A DNA stretch of 64,000 nt, taken from IMG/VR virus record IMGVR_UViG_3300028394_000038. The stretch is one strand, 5' to 3'. A program made the position numbers and the translations under genes. This DNA comes from a virus. Shown here piece after piece: positions 19,531 to 30,700 of this stretch; within the stretch, counting starts at the first letter, position 1; each line of letters begins with the position of its first letter. Under the pieces are notes generated by a model that saw only the letters and a list, made by a program, of their open reading frames with translations, made no database searches and had not been told where the DNA came from.

Positions 19531-21612
19531 TTAAATTAATGCAAAAAGTTTCCAATTTGTGCTGTTGCCTGAAGGATTTGTTTGTCCTGCGGCCACACTT
19601 ACAATACAAATCCATTCTTTATAATCAAAAATTACAAGATCATTTACAGAATATGCTGTAGCATTATCCCAATTGCCCGCTGGAACATAATCAGTAATAT
19701 ATTCCCATGCTAGACTATTATCTGGTTGTTCTACGACCACAAATCTTTTATAAAATCTAGTAGTTACAATGCCAGCTGACGGTGCTGGAATAACTTGTGT
19801 TTCTATAATATCTTCTACTACTGACCAGTTATCATAGCTACCCTCGCCTTTGTTAACTGTGTTTTTACTAAATGCAATAGTTTCAGTGCCAGTTAATTCA
19901 GTACCTGTTTGTACCGGTTTATATTGTATAGGATTAACTACTATTGCTAAATGAGTTGCATGAATTTTAGCAATAGTTCCAACAATAGCAATACCTTGAG
20001 GATTATTAACTCCGTCATAGATAGAAGCAGTATATGTTAAAATTTCAACTATTTTTGCATTTGCCGCCTCAGTTCCTATTTGTGTTGTTATATCAAAATC
20101 ACTAATGTCTAGTGATAGTGAAATTGGGCGAATACTAACACGTTCGTCAACATATTTTTTATTGGCTGCATCTGTTAAATTACTAGTAACATAATTTAAG
20201 TTGGCTAAATTTGTAAGTGTTTTACCGTTAACGTTTATAACACTAGTAGCCGAAGATAATATTAATTCAGTTGTCCTACTAGTAATAATATTGCCAGTAA
20301 TGTTTAATCCAGCATCCATATTTAGAGTAGTTAAGTTACCTAGTGTTTTTAAACTAGAATTAATTACTGTAGTTCCTAAGGCAGTAGCCGATAATACAGG
20401 AGTATAGTTAATGTTATAATTTTTACCAGTAACTAAGTTAAAATTTTCTGAACTATCCCAACTGCTATGTGCATATGAGTATGTTAAAGTTTTATCAGTG
20501 GTACCGTGTAATGTAATTCCGCCGCCGTCGGCATCAGTATCAGTTACTACGCCAGTTGGTGATTTGTTCAATTCAATATTCTTATCTTCAACTTGTAAAG
20601 TAGTTGTATTAATTGTAAAACTATCACCTTCAATAGTTAAATTGCCCGAAACTTTTAAATCACCTTTAATGTCAACAGTCTTAGTAGGGGCTCGATTAAA
20701 AAATCCAATTCTTTGATTTATAGAATCAACATATATTGCGGTTTTTACACCGCCAACTGGTTGTTTTGTTTTTATTTCAATTGATCTACTTGACTCGTTA
20801 TTTTCAATAACGAAATTGCCGCCTTCAAGTTTTAAACTAGTATCACCTTGTGCCGATCCAGTGCCTGGATCTCCTCCTAGCAATCTAACGCCAGATGCTG
20901 ATTGTACTGTTAAAGAACCAACAATTGTACCGTCTTGGTTGTTATATAGTATATCGTCTGCTACTTTGGTTTCGCCTAATGCTGTGACTAGACCTTCTGC
21001 ACGAGAAACAGTAACATTAAATTTAGTACCAAGTAGAGTTCCTACTGAAAATCCAACTCCAATATTACCTGTAAATCCTTCAATTGCTAGTGCAGGAGTA
21101 AATGCACTATTGCTGAATATTCCCAATAATACTCCATTAACAAAAAGTTTAGCAACTACTTTAAGTCTATTATTAGTGTCAATAATATTGTCAATTAAAA
21201 ATCCTGACGTTTTTTGTTGTGCTGAATAAACTGGACCTGCTAATGTTAAATCAACACCGTCATAAAACCATAACTGATTTGTTTCATTATTAATCCATAA
21301 GTCGCCTGGAACTAGATTAAGAGGGCGAATTGAACTCACTAACGGGCCTCCGCTAGCTCTAAAAACATTTCCGTCATACACATTTACTCTACCAGTACTA
21401 GTATTATACCATAGTTGTCCTTTAATAGGATGTTCAGGTTCTGTACTGCTGGAAAAATTCTCTAGTAGCTTTACTAGGTTCTCATTAAACACCTGGCCAA
21501 AGTTTGTAACATTTTTTCCAATTAACGTAAGACTACTACTGCCGGTATCAAATTGACCGTCTGGAATCTCTGCTAATACGTTACCGTCAGTTTTATTAAT
21601 TTTATATGTCAT
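19531..21612 (-). CDS. tail fibre / baseplate-associated protein with a C-terminal CBM5/12-like module
   Basis: Same N-terminal domain as its neighbours; C-terminal WDNATAYSVNDLVIFDYKEWIC motif. Confidence 0.75.
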   Translation of the reverse strand: MTYKINKTDGNVLAEIPDGQFDTGSSSLTLIGKNVTNFGQVFNENLVKLLENFSSSTEPEHPIKGQLWYNTSTGRVNVYDGNVFRASGGPLVSSIRPLNLVPGDLWINNETNQLWFYDGVDLTLAGPVYSAQQKTSGFLIDNIIDTNNRLKVVAKLFVNGVLLGIFSNSAFTPALAIEGFTGNIGVGFSVGTLLGTKFNVTVSRAEGLVTALGETKVADDILYNNQDGTIVGSLTVQSASGVRLLGGDPGTGSAQGDTSLKLEGGNFVIENNESSRSIEIKTKQPVGGVKTAIYVDSINQRIGFFNRAPTKTVDIKGDLKVSGNLTIEGDSFTINTTTLQVEDKNIELNKSPTGVVTDTDADGGGITLHGTTDKTLTYSYAHSSWDSSENFNLVTGKNYNINYTPVLSATALGTTVINSSLKTLGNLTTLNMDAGLNITGNIITSRTTELILSSATSVINVNGKTLTNLANLNYVTSNLTDAANKKYVDERVSIRPISLSLDISDFDITTQIGTEAANAKIVEILTYTASIYDGVNNPQGIAIVGTIAKIHATHLAIVVNPIQYKPVQTGTELTGTETIAFSKNTVNKGEGSYDNWSVVEDIIETQVIPAPSAGIVTTRFYKRFVVVEQPDNSLAWEYITDYVPAGNWDNATAYSVNDLVIFDYKEWICIVSVAAGQTNPSGNSTNWKLFALI

Positions 21613-24059
21613 TATTTGTAGTCCGAATCGTAATCTGTTAATTTACCTGTCCAAATAATCATATTTAGAGCTAGGAACGGGTTCATAATACTGAACGGTT
21701 GGCCAAATGGTCCACCAGCTGGTTCTGTTAATATGCCGCCGCTTGATCTTAAAAGTCTGCCTGTATCGTTTGCACCGCCTAATCCTTTAACTGGAATCGC
21801 ATCAGTATCAGCTAATTCTGTTGGGCTGTATGCGCCAAAGCGTCCATCTTTATTACCTGTTAAGTCATGTTCGTGATCTGGAAGATTGTTTACTGTTAAC
21901 TCCATCTGTTCGTCGCCTGCACCAATACGCACAACCGTAGGATCATTATAATCAATAGTTGCGTTTGGATCAGTTACTCTGCCGGCAGGGGTTGTGATAG
22001 TATCAATCTTTGAAGAAATACTATTTCTGTCAGGAACTTTTTTACCATTAAACATATTATCAGCACCAAGAGGAAATCTACCTCTTAAGTCGGGAAGTTT
22101 AAACGTATCAAATCCTTTTGTACCTAATGGATTAGTAGTAGCATCGTATGCATTAGAGTTACCATATAGTCCAGCGATCACATTATATAATGCTTCATAT
22201 CGTATCCTAGAAACTTCAGATCCGTCGCATAATAGCCACCCCATTGGTGCTTTGAGTCCAGCAAATGGTACAACAGTACCCACTGGTAGTTGTGGAATTG
22301 CTGAAAACAATGTATTCTTTTTAATTTTCTTAAGACCAGCAGTACCTTGGCTTATTAAGAAATCGTCGCCTTCGCCTAAACCGGCTGCTGTTGTTACTTC
22401 TAATTTGCCGGAAACAAATGTTTCACTAAGATTTGTAACAAACTGTTTTCTATTACCTAGTACACCGGCCGGACTAATAGTTCCGGCAATTGCTTGCGGA
22501 CCTGTTGCTGTTCCGTTAAAAGTTATATAAGTTTTTGTTCCTTCAATAACATTATATGTGCCGCGATACGCTACCGGAGTAATATTAGATACAACAACTA
22601 CTGTACCTGCTGGGAAAGGAACTACTGTCTGAGCATCGAATTCAAGTTTAATAATTGTTCCGTTGCCCGATGCGACTGTAGTGTTTACAGGATTAGTTCC
22701 TGTCTTTCCGTCAAACTCAATTTCGTTACTAGTTACATCGCCAATCATTTCAAATATGGTTGAACTAGCTAAGTTAGTAGCAGAACCGTCTATTGATCCT
22801 TTAACTGTTCCAATTAGTTTTCCGTTGAATTCAGTTGCGGCATATATTTTATTAGCATATATGTTATTAAATTGTTTGCCGTCTGCCAATGTAGGATCAG
22901 ATCCCAATGAAGAACCGTTATTGGTTGCTGGTGATATATTTGCTCCAACAGTAATTTTACCATCTAAACTAATGTCGCCGCCAACAAATAAATTCTTTTC
23001 AATACCTGCTCCGCCTGCTAGCTGAAATGCACCAGTTACAATACTAGTTGAGTTAGCAGTACCTTTGATGAATAACTGTCCCGAAGAGTCAGGGTTTTCT
23101 TCTGTTAGTCCAAGGCGTATATTTCCACTAATATCTAATGCTTCTTGTGGAGCAATATTATTAATACCAACACGTTCTTGGCTGTCTACTCGAATAACAA
23201 CACGTTCATTTCCGTTATTATTAACACGGATGTCTAGACTGGATCCGGATGTCTTTTGATAAATGTATCCGACGCCGTTGTCAACAGCAAGTTCCATCTG
23301 TCCGTCAGCACCAATTTGAATACCAGTGTTACTTTTAACGTTAAGACCTTTGTAGTTATTAGTGATAACGTCGCCACGTAGGAAGTTGTCTGCTTCTAAA
23401 CCTGTTGACAAATAACCGGATACAATTAGTTTACTAGCTTTTTCTGCTGTACCAAAGTAACCATTATATAAACTGCTAAGTGTCACACCAGCATAGATAT
23501 AAGGAAAACCAGGGAGTGTTGTTTTAGGTTGAAATTTATCAGTACTGAATATTGCTACTCTAAATCCGCCTACATAATTAGTAATAACGGTGCGTTCAAT
23601 ATTATCAGTATCTCTAAAACTTTCTGGTTCAGCTCCTGTTCTAGCTCCTGCACTAAAACGTGGACCAACTAAGATCCAACCTGATCCAGAGAATAAAAAT
23701 AATTGTTGTGTATCAGTATTAACCCATAAATCTCCAGGTAAGCTATTACCTGCATCGGGTTGATTTCCGCTTGATTTTTTAAGGCCGCCTGCGGCAACCC
23801 ACTGGGTTCCATCATATACATTTAATTGTTTTATACTAGCATTGGTATCATACCATAGCTGTCCTTTAACAGGATTAACAGGCTCGCTAGTGTTTGCAAA
23901 ATTTTCTAATAAATGTAAGAAATTTTCGCCAATTGCTTGGCCATAACCCGTTGTGTTTCTTCCTGGGAAGTTAAGACTAGTAACCGAATTCGTAGTATTA
24001 TCATCTACGGTTAGCGGAGTGTTGTTAATTTGATCGGTAAAACGAATTTGGTATGCCAT
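21612..24059 (-). CDS. short tail fibre with phage tail-collar domain
   Basis: PVGTVVPFAG..APMGWLLCDGSEVSR..Y..LYNVI...FKLPDLRGRFPLG tail-collar signature. Confidence 0.85.
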   Translation of the reverse strand: MAYQIRFTDQINNTPLTVDDNTTNSVTSLNFPGRNTTGYGQAIGENFLHLLENFANTSEPVNPVKGQLWYDTNASIKQLNVYDGTQWVAAGGLKKSSGNQPDAGNSLPGDLWVNTDTQQLFLFSGSGWILVGPRFSAGARTGAEPESFRDTDNIERTVITNYVGGFRVAIFSTDKFQPKTTLPGFPYIYAGVTLSSLYNGYFGTAEKASKLIVSGYLSTGLEADNFLRGDVITNNYKGLNVKSNTGIQIGADGQMELAVDNGVGYIYQKTSGSSLDIRVNNNGNERVVIRVDSQERVGINNIAPQEALDISGNIRLGLTEENPDSSGQLFIKGTANSTSIVTGAFQLAGGAGIEKNLFVGGDISLDGKITVGANISPATNNGSSLGSDPTLADGKQFNNIYANKIYAATEFNGKLIGTVKGSIDGSATNLASSTIFEMIGDVTSNEIEFDGKTGTNPVNTTVASGNGTIIKLEFDAQTVVPFPAGTVVVVSNITPVAYRGTYNVIEGTKTYITFNGTATGPQAIAGTISPAGVLGNRKQFVTNLSETFVSGKLEVTTAAGLGEGDDFLISQGTAGLKKIKKNTLFSAIPQLPVGTVVPFAGLKAPMGWLLCDGSEVSRIRYEALYNVIAGLYGNSNAYDATTNPLGTKGFDTFKLPDLRGRFPLGADNMFNGKKVPDRNSISSKIDTITTPAGRVTDPNATIDYNDPTVVRIGAGDEQMELTVNNLPDHEHDLTGNKDGRFGAYSPTELADTDAIPVKGLGGANDTGRLLRSSGGILTEPAGGPFGQPFSIMNPFLALNMIIWTGKLTDYDSDYK

Positions 24060-24061
24060 GT

Positions 24062-24676
24062 TTACGCTCCGTTAAAACCTGTTAGACTCTGTACTCTAAC
24101 TGTATAATCAATTTGAATTAAACGGTTTAATGATTTTTGTACTGGATGGAAAATAACGTGGGTTAGTAATTTTCCTGTCCCTGTTGGGCTATATGCTCTA
24201 AGGCCTAATTCATCAAATACGTATTCGCCGTCTAGGTATGTTGTATTGTCAAATGCTTCTTGGTTATTAGGCTCGCCGTAGTCTAACAAGCAAGTGACTA
24301 GAATATCTGTATAGTTTGTTCCTGTAACATGTCGGACATCAATCTTATTACGAGTCGGGTCAACGTTATTTGTGCTTCGATCGTTGACTACTTTAGTATA
24401 GGTTTCATTATATAAACTGCTGTTAGATCCCGTAGTATTTGGGGTCAAGTATGTAATAATTCCTGTTGGGTCCACTGCTGTGCCGCCGTTGCCAAAGCTC
24501 ATTTGATATATTGTTCCTATACCTTCGTTTGCGAGACTCTGTGCTAAGGCAATGCTCATATTCTCATAATGAATAGCATTGCGTTTGTTAACGATTACTT
24601 CTTGAGAAACGGGATCCCAAATTTTAATATGTCCTTGGAGTAATATTCCCGAATTTTCGTCTGGTTTTGTTGTCAT
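24062..24676 (-). CDS. virion structural protein (possible fibre-attachment protein)
   Basis: Lies in the tail block with its own late-promoter motif; FGNGG, FDELGL and HVIFHPVQKS motifs. Confidence 0.65.
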   Translation of the reverse strand: MTTKPDENSGILLQGHIKIWDPVSQEVIVNKRNAIHYENMSIALAQSLANEGIGTIYQMSFGNGGTAVDPTGIITYLTPNTTGSNSSLYNETYTKVVNDRSTNNVDPTRNKIDVRHVTGTNYTDILVTCLLDYGEPNNQEAFDNTTYLDGEYVFDELGLRAYSPTGTGKLLTHVIFHPVQKSLNRLIQIDYTVRVQSLTGFNGA

Positions 24677-24697
24677 GTTGTTTTCACCTATACATTG

Positions 24698-24705
24698 TAT
24701 TTATT
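24698..24705 (-). promoter_or_regulatory. late promoter (AATAAATA)
   Basis: Intergenic, upstream of the start at 24676. Confidence 0.6.
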
Positions 24706-24717
24706 TTAATAGTTTTC

Positions 24718-27700
24718 TTATACTTTATTCTTATCTGGTAGCAGAGCGTAAGTTGCTCTAATAAATTTAGCCGGGTCGGATCCAGAATCAGCTAAACTAA
24801 CACCATTTGTAGTCCATGCTTGACCTATGCGCTTTTGAACTACAATATACTGCCCTGCTTCCGGTACTTCAGTTAAACGAATTTGCATTGGCTGCTGGTT
24901 TGTTGCAGAAGTTACTGAAAATTCAGCTTCGTATTGTACATCTCCGCTAGGACTATCTGGCCCTAGATTAGGATTCCAAATAGTATATGTTGTCTTACGC
25001 AGTCTACGGCCTGCAACAAATACTTCTACATCGTTACACTGATTAAATGCAGACGGTATTGTTTTCCTATACCAAGTGTTATCAACAACAGGAACAGTTA
25101 GTTTAAAGTCTAACTGTATTTTCAAATACTTGATTGCTTTAGCAATTACTCGGCTAGTTGGTGTTTGATTGTTAATATTAAAAATTAACTCTCCTGCTGT
25201 ATTTGCAGTTGTTGCAGTTACCGTAAATGTTGTTAAACTATCTATTGATGTTATAATGGCCAGTGTGCCAAAGTTTCCTATTCCAGAAACTTTGCTAACA
25301 ATTTGTCCTACTTTTAGACCGCTGGTAGCATTAGGAATTGTTATGCCATTTTTTACATAAGATCCAGTTAATGTGACCGTAGATACTAAACCAGCAGTAC
25401 TAACTATTCCCGGAACAGTTATAGTTTTTACATCCTCTGTTCCAGTAAACTCTATTGCTCCGTAGGTATTTGCAGTAGTTGACTTAATAGTAATTTGTGT
25501 GTCACTATTAACTTCAGTGATTACTGTTAGGCCGCCAATTGCGCCAATGCCGCTGATTTTAGATAATACCATACCAACACGTAATGTGCTATTAGCATTT
25601 GATAATCCGGTAATTGTAGTAGTTAAACTTGTACCAGTTACTGTTCCTGTTAGTGTAGTTGTTGTAAATCTTGGTAGCGATGTAATTGGAGGATTATATA
25701 TGATTAAATCGTATGCTCCAACAGATTTTGCGGGAGTTACAAAAGTTAATTTTGTATCGCTTATTCTGTTAACTACACAATCAACATCACCGACAAATAC
25801 CTTAACATTGATTTTAAAACCAGTACCGGTAACTGTTACTGTTTGACTTCCTGATAAATCGGCTGTTTGATCTTCTCCAGGAAATACTATTGATGTTACT
25901 GTTAGTCCAGGAGAATTTGTATAAATGCTTGCGCCATTAGTATACCCGTCCGATACTGTTACTGACGAAATAAATTCATCTTTGTAAGGAACCGATTGAA
26001 TAATACTTTGATCTCTTACTAGAGTACCTTCAGCATGAATATCTTTAATGCCTGTACCTAAAGTACCGCGTTTTAATTGTCGAATAATATTACCATCTTT
26101 TCTTAGATACTCAATACGTTCTCCGTCAATAAAAATTACACCAGGTTTATTTAATCTAGCACTAGGTTCTGGCAATACTGATCCGTCAACTAACTCTATA
26201 ACATTGTCATAATAATTTAATGTTTTAGATAATGTAGTCGACGATGCGTCATCAATTCTTGAATAAGAATTCTTATTCAACATGTCTTTAAATATTTTAT
26301 ATCCAAAACTACTTTTTGTTATTTTATTACTAAATGCAATTATATCTACAATATCAGTTTCTAAGAAAACTCTAGTTGGCGTAAAGCTAATATAGTTCAT
26401 ATTACTCTCTAGAGCATAGTCAACATTAGGTGTTAATAGTTTTCTGTTTAACGTGATCCACACATACTGAGATCCAATTGCAGGTCTACGTAATTTAATT
26501 CTACCGCCGGCTAATTGATTGTATCGATAGTATTCTGTTGCTCCGGGAACTAAAGCTGATGCAGAAGTAGTCTTATCGTGCTCGCGTTCAATTTCAAGTA
26601 TATCATGATTACTAAAAGTAATCACTGTAATCACTGTGTTAGGAGCATATGTTCCAATTACTTCAATGGATAAATTATTATCTGTAGAAATTATATTATA
26701 GTCAGAATTTGCAACTATTGATAATGAAATTTTATCTCCGGTTTTTGCAACACCTTTTTTAACTTTAAGTTGGTTGTTTACCGGAATCCAAAAGTAATCA
26801 ACACCCTGTACAATATTTACGCCGTTAACTGCTACAATAACTGTGCTACTGTCTACAGTATTAAATGCATATTTTGAACTGTCAACAGTATATGTTCTGC
26901 TTGTGCCTGCTACTATAAAATAGAAAGTATCAGCTGGTCTTAAAATACTGCCGTTAGTTACTACTAATACATTATTAGCTAAAGGTTTAGCAAATTCTGG
27001 ATTACGAGTTAATTCGTAAATTGTATCAATACCGTTATGTACAATTGTTTGTTTTTGTACTTTACTAATAGAGTCAACTGCTGATCCTAGAATTGTATAG
27101 TTGATAATTGCACCAGCTGGCGGTGCAACTTCAAAACGTATACCAATAGTTCCAACTAGTGTATATTGACTGTCTGTTTTAAATGTTGTCACTGCTGTAG
27201 CTTCGCCGTCTACGGTAACAAACGCAGTAGTTTCAGTAGTCCATCTTGCAGTCGATACAAATTCAGTGGTAGTTCCGTCGGCAGTAAAGTAATCTAAATC
27301 TAGAATATTTAAACCGTTTTGACTAATACTAGTTATAACAACTTCTAATCCCGGTGCATAACTAGTAGTTAATTCTATTTGTTGGCTAGCAAAATTAACT
27401 GTATAATTTACATTTTGTTTGATAATATTTCCATCAACTTTTACAATAACAGAAGTCGATGTTCCTGGGCGTTGGCCAATGTCAAATATATTATCGTCTG
27501 CTGTTAGATACTGCACGGTATTAATAATAGGGGCTCCGTCACCAATCTTATGGTATACTGTAATATCAACAGTATCTACTACTTGACCAGTAACTACTTC
27601 TTCAGGTGCATGACTTGATGTTGGAGTAACAAATCCGTCACCGTCAACGTTAATATCTTCAGCCGCTAATCCAGTGGCACTTACATAAGCAAAATCTCCA

Positions 27701-30700
27701 CCAAATATTTGAGTATCATATTGAATATCACTAGGTTTAAAACTGCCGTCACTTGTATTCTTTCTTAGAATAATACTATCGCCTGCTTGGATGTCTGCGG
27801 CAAATGTTGCTGTAAATGTTGCATGGTTAGGAATTACAATAGGTCCAGTGCTTACACCGTCACCAATGAAGGAATTCATAATAGCATCTTGATTAACAAT
27901 ACTTGGGAAGTTTTCAATTTCGTGTTGTACGGTATTAATTTTTCCGTTAATAGTAACTGTAGCTCCGGGAGTTATTACTCCGGCTGTTGTTACAATATCA
28001 AATCTATCATTTCCAGTAGCCAATGCTTTAGCATAAGTGCTAGTTAAACGTACACTAGTGTTGTTTATAACTTCGCCTATATAATAAGTTGTTCCAGAAA
28101 CATATCCTTGGATTGATCCGTGACTTAATGTTCCTGTTATTCTAATACTTTGGCCAACTAATCTTACTCCGCTCGGTAAAATTAATCTTCCAAAAATATC
28201 AAATATTTGTACAGAAGCAATGTTGCTTGTTATATCATATGCGGCTATGAGGCTAGAACCGTTGGCAATTAATGCAATTGCATTATCTCTAGCATACTGA
28301 GCAGTGACTGCATCTTGTTCAGTAACAACATAATCTGAATTTAAATTATCATAGATTGATTGTTTAGCATCTCTCACTTCTTGTGCATGAGATATTATTT
28401 GTGGATCACCAAGAACAATTGCATTATCTAATGCAATTTGCGCTTGAAGCAATATTGCTTCAGCGGCAGTTCTAGCATCAAATAACAACTGAAGCTGACT
28501 AGTTAAGTCAGCAAGTAATGCAATGTTAAAATCTTTATCTTCTTGTGCTGTAGCTAAATTAGTTGCAATAGTTAGTTTTTCATTTTTAACAGCAACTAGT
28601 CTATCTAGCAATGGTTTAACTACAATATAATTAGGATCGTCTAATCGTCTATTGAATGTTTCTGTTGTTCTAAATGAGTATACACCAGATGCTGCCTGCA
28701 CTAATGCTTTAGTCAAAGTTATTTTAGCGCCAACAATATCCGAGACTGTGGTATTTGATTGTATACCAATTCCTGAAACTGATTGTCCTTTTTTAATTCC
28801 GTTAGCATTGGTAACAGATAAAGATGAACTATCAACATTGCCTGTTCCTAACGGCGTTGCAGTAATATAACTTCGATTGCCGGTCCAGTATACGTTAATA
28901 TATTCAATTTCAGTAGGAGCATAATTTAATGTAAACGATCTAGCAATACCATCACTCTTAATTAAGAAATCAGTAAAATCGGGATCAAACTGATCGTAAC
29001 CTGTAGTAAACCACGGTAATGCATCATAGCCAGATCCAACATCAAATCCAATGCCAGTGATCTCAACGCCACCGTAATCTACACCTTGCATTAACTGTCC
29101 TAGATCGCGCCCTAATTGGCCTGCGGCCGGGTTATAAAAATAATTAATTCTATCGGCAGCATCTAATAAGTTGATATTTTTATGATATTCAATAACAACT
29201 TTAGATAAGTTTGCAGGTGCTGAATTAAATTGCAATATTCCTTTATAACGGTCATATGAGTAACTTGGATCAAGTTCGTTGAATACTATGTAATCAGCTC
29301 CTAATATTTCTCCATTATTATCAGACACTGTAGTACGTGTTTTGATAACATCAACTGGCCAAGCTAATTCAAATCTAGTTTTAGAACCGCTAGCAATAAA
29401 TGTTTCTTTAGCTACAATTGATCCAAATGTATATTCCGGTGATACTCTATCAAATTTGATACCAATCTTTGTAGATCGTACCAAGCTATTAGATAATATA
29501 GCCACTGCTCTAGCAGGAGTGCCGCCGTCATTAATTGACCCATTTATTTTGATAATAGGAGTAACTAAGAAGTTTTCTCCGAACGGATCGTTAATAACAA
29601 TAGTAGAAACTCTGCCAGACGATAGATATGCTTTTGCAGTAATAGTAGAAGGTGCTGGCTCAATTGTTACAACAGGAGCAGTTATATAACCAGAGCCGCC
29701 ATCTACTATTCGTATTTCTGTTAAATTAAATCCTGCGCTGTATAACCAATCGCTGTATGGATATTGTTTAATATCATTACTGCTGTATGTTAATATACCA
29801 TCCGAAATACTAGTTTGAAACGGTATCACACTATTAGTAGTTTGATCATATTTTGGAGGTAAGTCAAAGTCAGATATTTGGCTTCCGGTTGGTTCAAAAA
29901 TTTCATATGTACTAACAAATTCACGAATTTTACTTCTGTAAGGTTTAGCCTCATTGATATATTCTTGATAGCTAGGTAAGTTGTCGTTTTGATATGTTGG
30001 TTTTTGTTTTAACGGTCCAAGATTATGTTTTGATCTTACAAAACTTGTTTTAAATGCCCAATCAATTGATTTCTGTTCACTAAATGCATATCTTAAACTA
30101 GCAAAGAATAATTCTTTATATTCTTTTGCTAAATTATCAACAAAAATTATGTTCTTGATTGTGTCAAGGATAATTGTTAATTCAGTCTTTGGTTGATCAT
30201 CGAACACAAACGAATCAAAAGTTGGTCCGTCAAACCCTTCTGCATTTTCTGCAAAACGATATAAACTATCAGTAAATTTAATTGTACCAGATTGTCGTCC
30301 TACAGTTTTATAATTAACTGTTGTTTCAAGAACATTTTGATTGTCAACTTTTTCTAATAGTACCCATCCGCCAATACCTTGATTATTAACTTTTACTATT
30401 TCGCCAATTTCAATATTAGCACTAGGTAGTTGATAAGCAAAATCAACTATATGATCTAGTTTAGTAAACTCGCTGTAACCTGCAGAGTACCAGTCAATGT
30501 ATTTCCAATAACGAGTAGTATCATATGTTTGAGTACGTTCTCTAAACCAAGTTTTCTTTAAAGAATTCCATGTATACAACGACCATCTATTATTTGCAGT
30601 TTCGTCTTTAGTGACTAATACAGATAGTGTACGTACAGACAGCGTAGTTGATTCAAGATATCCGATACCAGGTTTATCAACTGTTGCTGAAATAATTTGT

